From the IMG/VR virus record IMGVR_UViG_3300000297_000070, positions 1 to 5,829 of that record: 5,829 nucleotides of DNA; one strand, given 5' to 3'. The notes below the pieces were generated by a model, which was given only the letters and a program-made list of their open reading frames with translations, did not search any database and had not been told where the DNA came from. The translations under genes and the position numbers were made by a program. The DNA comes from a virus. This document shows, in pieces, positions 3,970-5,829 of the stretch; positions within the stretch are counted from its first letter, which is position 1; each line of letters begins with the position of its first letter.

Positions 3970-4842
3970 TTAGTCTCCTGTGTATGCTTGTCCGGATTTG
4001 TACCCATCAATTAGTTTGCGTCTTCTTGCTGCTTTGTTGATGGTATCTTCGGCTACTTTGTCAACACCTTCTTTGGCTGCTTTACCAGCCTTTTTTACTG
4101 CTTCTTTGGCTTTTTCTCCCGCTTTTGTAAGGCCTGTACCTAACTTGTTGGCTGTATAGGCGTAATCGCTTGCTTGTTTTGCGCTCGAGGTTGCCAGCTC
4201 GCTCGCTGCCTGTTCCCAGCTTTTCGCACTCTTAAGTTGTTTTGCGCTGGTGGCCTGTTTTGCCAGCTGTAAGTATTTGTCTGCCAGCTCTGCCGTGTTG
4301 TTGCCGTATTCGTACATTGCGGATACGCTTGCAGCCTGTGCGCTCTGCTGGTTATAGTGCTGACTTCCAATGCTTGCAGATGATCCTGATGGTGTGCTTG
4401 TTGCTCCGTTGGTCGCTGCTAGAATAGGATTGATGCCCGCCGCTATCATGTCCTTTACGGTGTCTTGATAGGCTGTCCCGCGCATTTCCTTCTGAAACGC
4501 TCGTTCTGCTGCTGCTTCTGCGCTATTGTACTTCTTGGCGCTTGCTTGGCTTCCAGCGTTTGCGAGGTTGCTAAGTAGTCCGCTCATCATTTGCAGTGCG
4601 TTCGCGGTGTTTACGCTGCTCTGGTTGCCGAATGTGGCAATACCTGTCGGTGTGCTGATTTGTGTCGCACCGATTTGCTGTGGTGCTGTTACACTGCCGG
4701 TCGTGCTCTCGCTGCCGGTTGTGCTCTCGCTGCCTGATGCTTGGTTGTTCTTGGCGCTGCTCTGGTTGCTGTTCGTTATGATGCCTGTTAACATGCTTAG
4801 CCCTTGCATGAGAGATGGCAAAAGCTTTAATAACGTCTCCAT
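3970..4842 (-). CDS. VP2: DNA pilot / minor capsid protein (phiX174 H-like, gokushovirus VP2)
   Basis: 290 aa. The block AERAFQKEMRGTAYQDTVKDMIAAGINPILA matches the conserved (R/N)xFQxxMxxTAYQxxVxDMxxAGLNPxLA core of microvirus pilot proteins, from memory. The N-terminus is hydrophobic, the linker is rich in Ser/Thr/Gly/Gln, and the C-terminal region is Lys/Ala-rich and probably coiled. Confidence 0.9.
   Translation of the reverse strand: METLLKLLPSLMQGLSMLTGIITNSNQSSAKNNQASGSESTTGSESTTGSVTAPQQIGATQISTPTGIATFGNQSSVNTANALQMMSGLLSNLANAGSQASAKKYNSAEAAAERAFQKEMRGTAYQDTVKDMIAAGINPILAATNGATSTPSGSSASIGSQHYNQQSAQAASVSAMYEYGNNTAELADKYLQLAKQATSAKQLKSAKSWEQAASELATSSAKQASDYAYTANKLGTGLTKAGEKAKEAVKKAGKAAKEGVDKVAEDTINKAARRRKLIDGYKSGQAYTGD
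4694..4734 (-). repeat. In-frame 18-bp tandem duplication inside the pilot gene (encodes GSESTT GSESTT GS)
   Basis: The units are 4694-4711 and 4712-4729 (CTGCCGGT[C/T]GTGCTCTCG) and differ at one base. A partial third unit covers 4730-4734. Confidence 0.85.
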
Positions 4843-4844
4843 TC

Positions 4845-4870
4845 AAAAATAGCCCCGCTTTTGCGGGGCT
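4845..4870 (-). terminator. Rho-independent terminator/attenuator between the capsid and pilot genes
   Basis: The minus strand reads AGCCCCGC-AAAA-GCGGGGCT followed by ATTTTT. This is an 8-bp GC-rich perfect stem. The pilot gene's ATG (4842) starts 2 nt after the T-run. Confidence 0.7.
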
Positions 4871-4878
4871 TCCTCCTT
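4871..4878 (-). promoter_or_regulatory. Strong Shine-Dalgarno AAGGAGGA, separated from the pilot-gene ATG by the terminator hairpin
   Basis: The coding strand reads TAA-AAAAGGAGGA-[20-nt hairpin]-ATTTTTGA-ATG. The linear spacing is 28 nt, or 8 nt if the hairpin is folded out. No start codon lies 5-10 nt downstream of the SD in linear sequence. Confidence 0.5.
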
Positions 4879-4880
4879 TT

Positions 4881-5829
4881 TTAGATTCTTTCGATGCCGG
4901 GAATGCTGTAAATAGGCATTTCACGGTACCATTCTTCGGTGAAGTAGAAGTCACACAAGAACTGGTGACTTTTTGCGCTCGTCACTGCAATCGTTCGGTC
5001 AATGTTCTGTGTTCCCTCTTGGATCCACTCCGCAGAGAGATGCGGAAGCGCGTCATAATCGTCTGCATAGTGCCATGCGTCTAAACTCGTTTGGTAGTTA
5101 GAACGCATTTCACCGGTTACGTAAGAAGGCTTGTAGCGGTAATCCGCCCATGCTTCTTGATATCCGAAGATTTCGTTATCTTCGGCCGTGCCCTGTGCAT
5201 AGATTTCACGGTTATACACTGGCTGTTCGCCCAGTGCTGCAAGTCTCGGGTCGTAGTAGGTAAACCGTCCGCCACGTGTCCACTTGGTCGCAAGTCCTTG
5301 CTGGTAACTGTGCTCTACTCGTACCACTGCCAGACCGATGATGTAGCCATACTCAGTTGCTGCATAGTCTACCATTTCCTTGCTGCATGTGGTCAGGCTG
5401 TATGCTGCCGTATTGCCCAGTGCCTGCCCGGTTGTCTTGTCCGTTTGGCTCGTCTGCACGACCTGATTGACATTGATCGCGATGCGCTGTCCGCCGATGT
5501 ACTCAGGAATCTGTAGCCGGCTGTCCGGGCTTGTTACACCCCACGTACCAGACAGGAACTCACGGTATCGCGTGCCGTTGCGTGCATCTGCTTCAAAGAT
5601 GTGCTGCAAGGCAATTGCCATGCGCAAGTCTTGAATACTGATTGCGCTTACGCTGCTTAGGTCTGCACCAAGGTATGCTACTTTGTGGTCTGAGCCACTT
5701 CCGTCTCCAATGTTTAAGTATGTTGCACCGGTACCTCCGTCTTGTCCGATTGCATACAGTTTATTTCTGGTGTTGCCCGGGTTTGCGCTTCCGTCATGAA
5801 AGCTGTTTATATAGATGCTCGTTTTTTCT
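4881..5829 (-). CDS. VP1: Major capsid protein, C-terminal part (5777..4881 is unique sequence; 5778-5829 repeats 1-52)
   Basis: The minus frame is open from the window edge to the TAA at 4883-4881. The track's ORF (4881..5627) begins at an internal TTG, and I checked codons 5628-5777 by hand and found no stops. The sequence contains ...RLQIPEYIGGQRIAINVNQV... and ...YQEAWADYRYKPSYVTGEMRS..., typical of the C-terminal half of F/VP1. It joins in frame to 768..1. Confidence 0.95.
   Translation of the reverse strand, partial: EKTSIYINSFHDGSANPGNTRNKLYAIGQDGGTGATYLNIGDGSGSDHKVAYLGADLSSVSAISIQDLRMAIALQHIFEADARNGTRYREFLSGTWGVTSPDSRLQIPEYIGGQRIAINVNQVVQTSQTDKTTGQALGNTAAYSLTTCSKEMVDYAATEYGYIIGLAVVRVEHSYQQGLATKWTRGGRFTYYDPRLAALGEQPVYNREIYAQGTAEDNEIFGYQEAWADYRYKPSYVTGEMRSNYQTSLDAWHYADDYDALPHLSAEWIQEGTQNIDRTIAVTSAKSHQFLCDFYFTEEWYREMPIYSIPGIERI
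5778..5829. repeat. Terminal direct repeat, copy 2 (duplicate of 1-52)
   Basis: Identical 52-mer at the other end of the window. It lies inside the capsid reading frame. Confidence 0.95.

Larger units (their letters stand above)
1..5777 (-). mobile_element. Complete circular ssDNA phage genome unit (Microviridae, gokushovirus-like gene set), 5,777 nt, all genes on the minus strand of the window
   Basis: The 52-nt terminal direct repeat and the capsid ORF reading in frame across the junction indicate a circle. The gene content is the microvirus core set: F/VP1 capsid, H/VP2 pilot, A/VP4 HUH-Y2 Rep, a small basic J-like protein and a scaffold-like protein. Genes are tightly packed on one strand. 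Confidence 0.9.

Noticed and set aside
4140-4370. 76-aa minus-strand ORF in an alternative frame of the pilot gene.
   Set aside because: It has Gln/Thr/Arg-rich low-complexity sequence and no SD, and it is fully embedded in a gene with a recognisable conserved core.
4571-4954. 127-aa minus-strand ORF spanning the capsid 3' end, the terminator and the pilot 5' end.
   Set aside because: It reads straight through an intrinsic terminator hairpin and overlaps two solid genes out of frame. The product is Arg/Gln/His-rich with no recognisable features.
445-5516. All plus-strand ORFs in the track: 445-930, 749-1183, 810-1040, 1247-1546, 1560-1811, 1582-1950, 1880-2380, 2483-2701, 2899-3141, 3170-3352, 3334-3606, 3554-3757, 4242-4427, 4526-4852, 4815-5084 and 5091-5516.
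   Set aside because: Each lies antisense to a well-supported minus-strand gene. Their products are Cys/Phe/Leu/Val/Ser-rich and low in complexity, as expected when the T-rich complement of A-rich genes is translated. None has a convincing SD. The hydrophobic 4526-4852 ORF is simply the complement of the Ser/Thr/Gly/Ala-rich pilot linker.

Overview
This window is one complete, circularly permuted genome of a small ssDNA phage of the family Microviridae. It has a gokushovirus-like gene set and is shown as the reverse complement of its coding strand. Bases 1-52 are identical to 5778-5829, and the major capsid gene reads in frame across that junction, so the real unit is a 5,777-nt circle. All credible genes lie on the minus strand. 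Every plus-strand ORF in the track looks like an antisense shadow.

Gene order on the coding strand:
- HUH replication initiator (3647>2643)
- two small, tightly coupled ORFs (2621>2439 and 2442>2281)
- M15-family zinc peptidase (2275>1883)
- 38-aa arginine-rich J/VP8-like protein (1736>1620, not in the ORF track)
- 38-aa ORF (1588>1472, not in the track)
- 84-aa conserved microvirus protein (1460>1206)
- 141-aa scaffold-like protein (1219>794)
- major capsid protein (768>1 joined to 5777>4881, 554 aa)
- DNA pilot protein (4842>3970)
- one 322-nt AT-rich non-coding region (3969>3648)

Most worth a second look:
1. An origin-like or operator-like array of nine GTTGAA-core repeats with a perfect 20-bp duplication in the only intergenic region. 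This is not the phiX174 origin layout.
2. An 11-bp perfect hairpin that encloses the rep ribosome-binding site and its GTG start.
3. A peptidoglycan-peptidase cassette with its own extended -10 promoter and no recognisable holin.
4. A terminator hairpin between the capsid and pilot genes that also appears to bridge a strong Shine-Dalgarno to the pilot gene's ATG.
5. A 15-nt leader repeated upstream of both rep and the cassette.

Functional calls rest on motifs I recognise by eye. No database search was possible.
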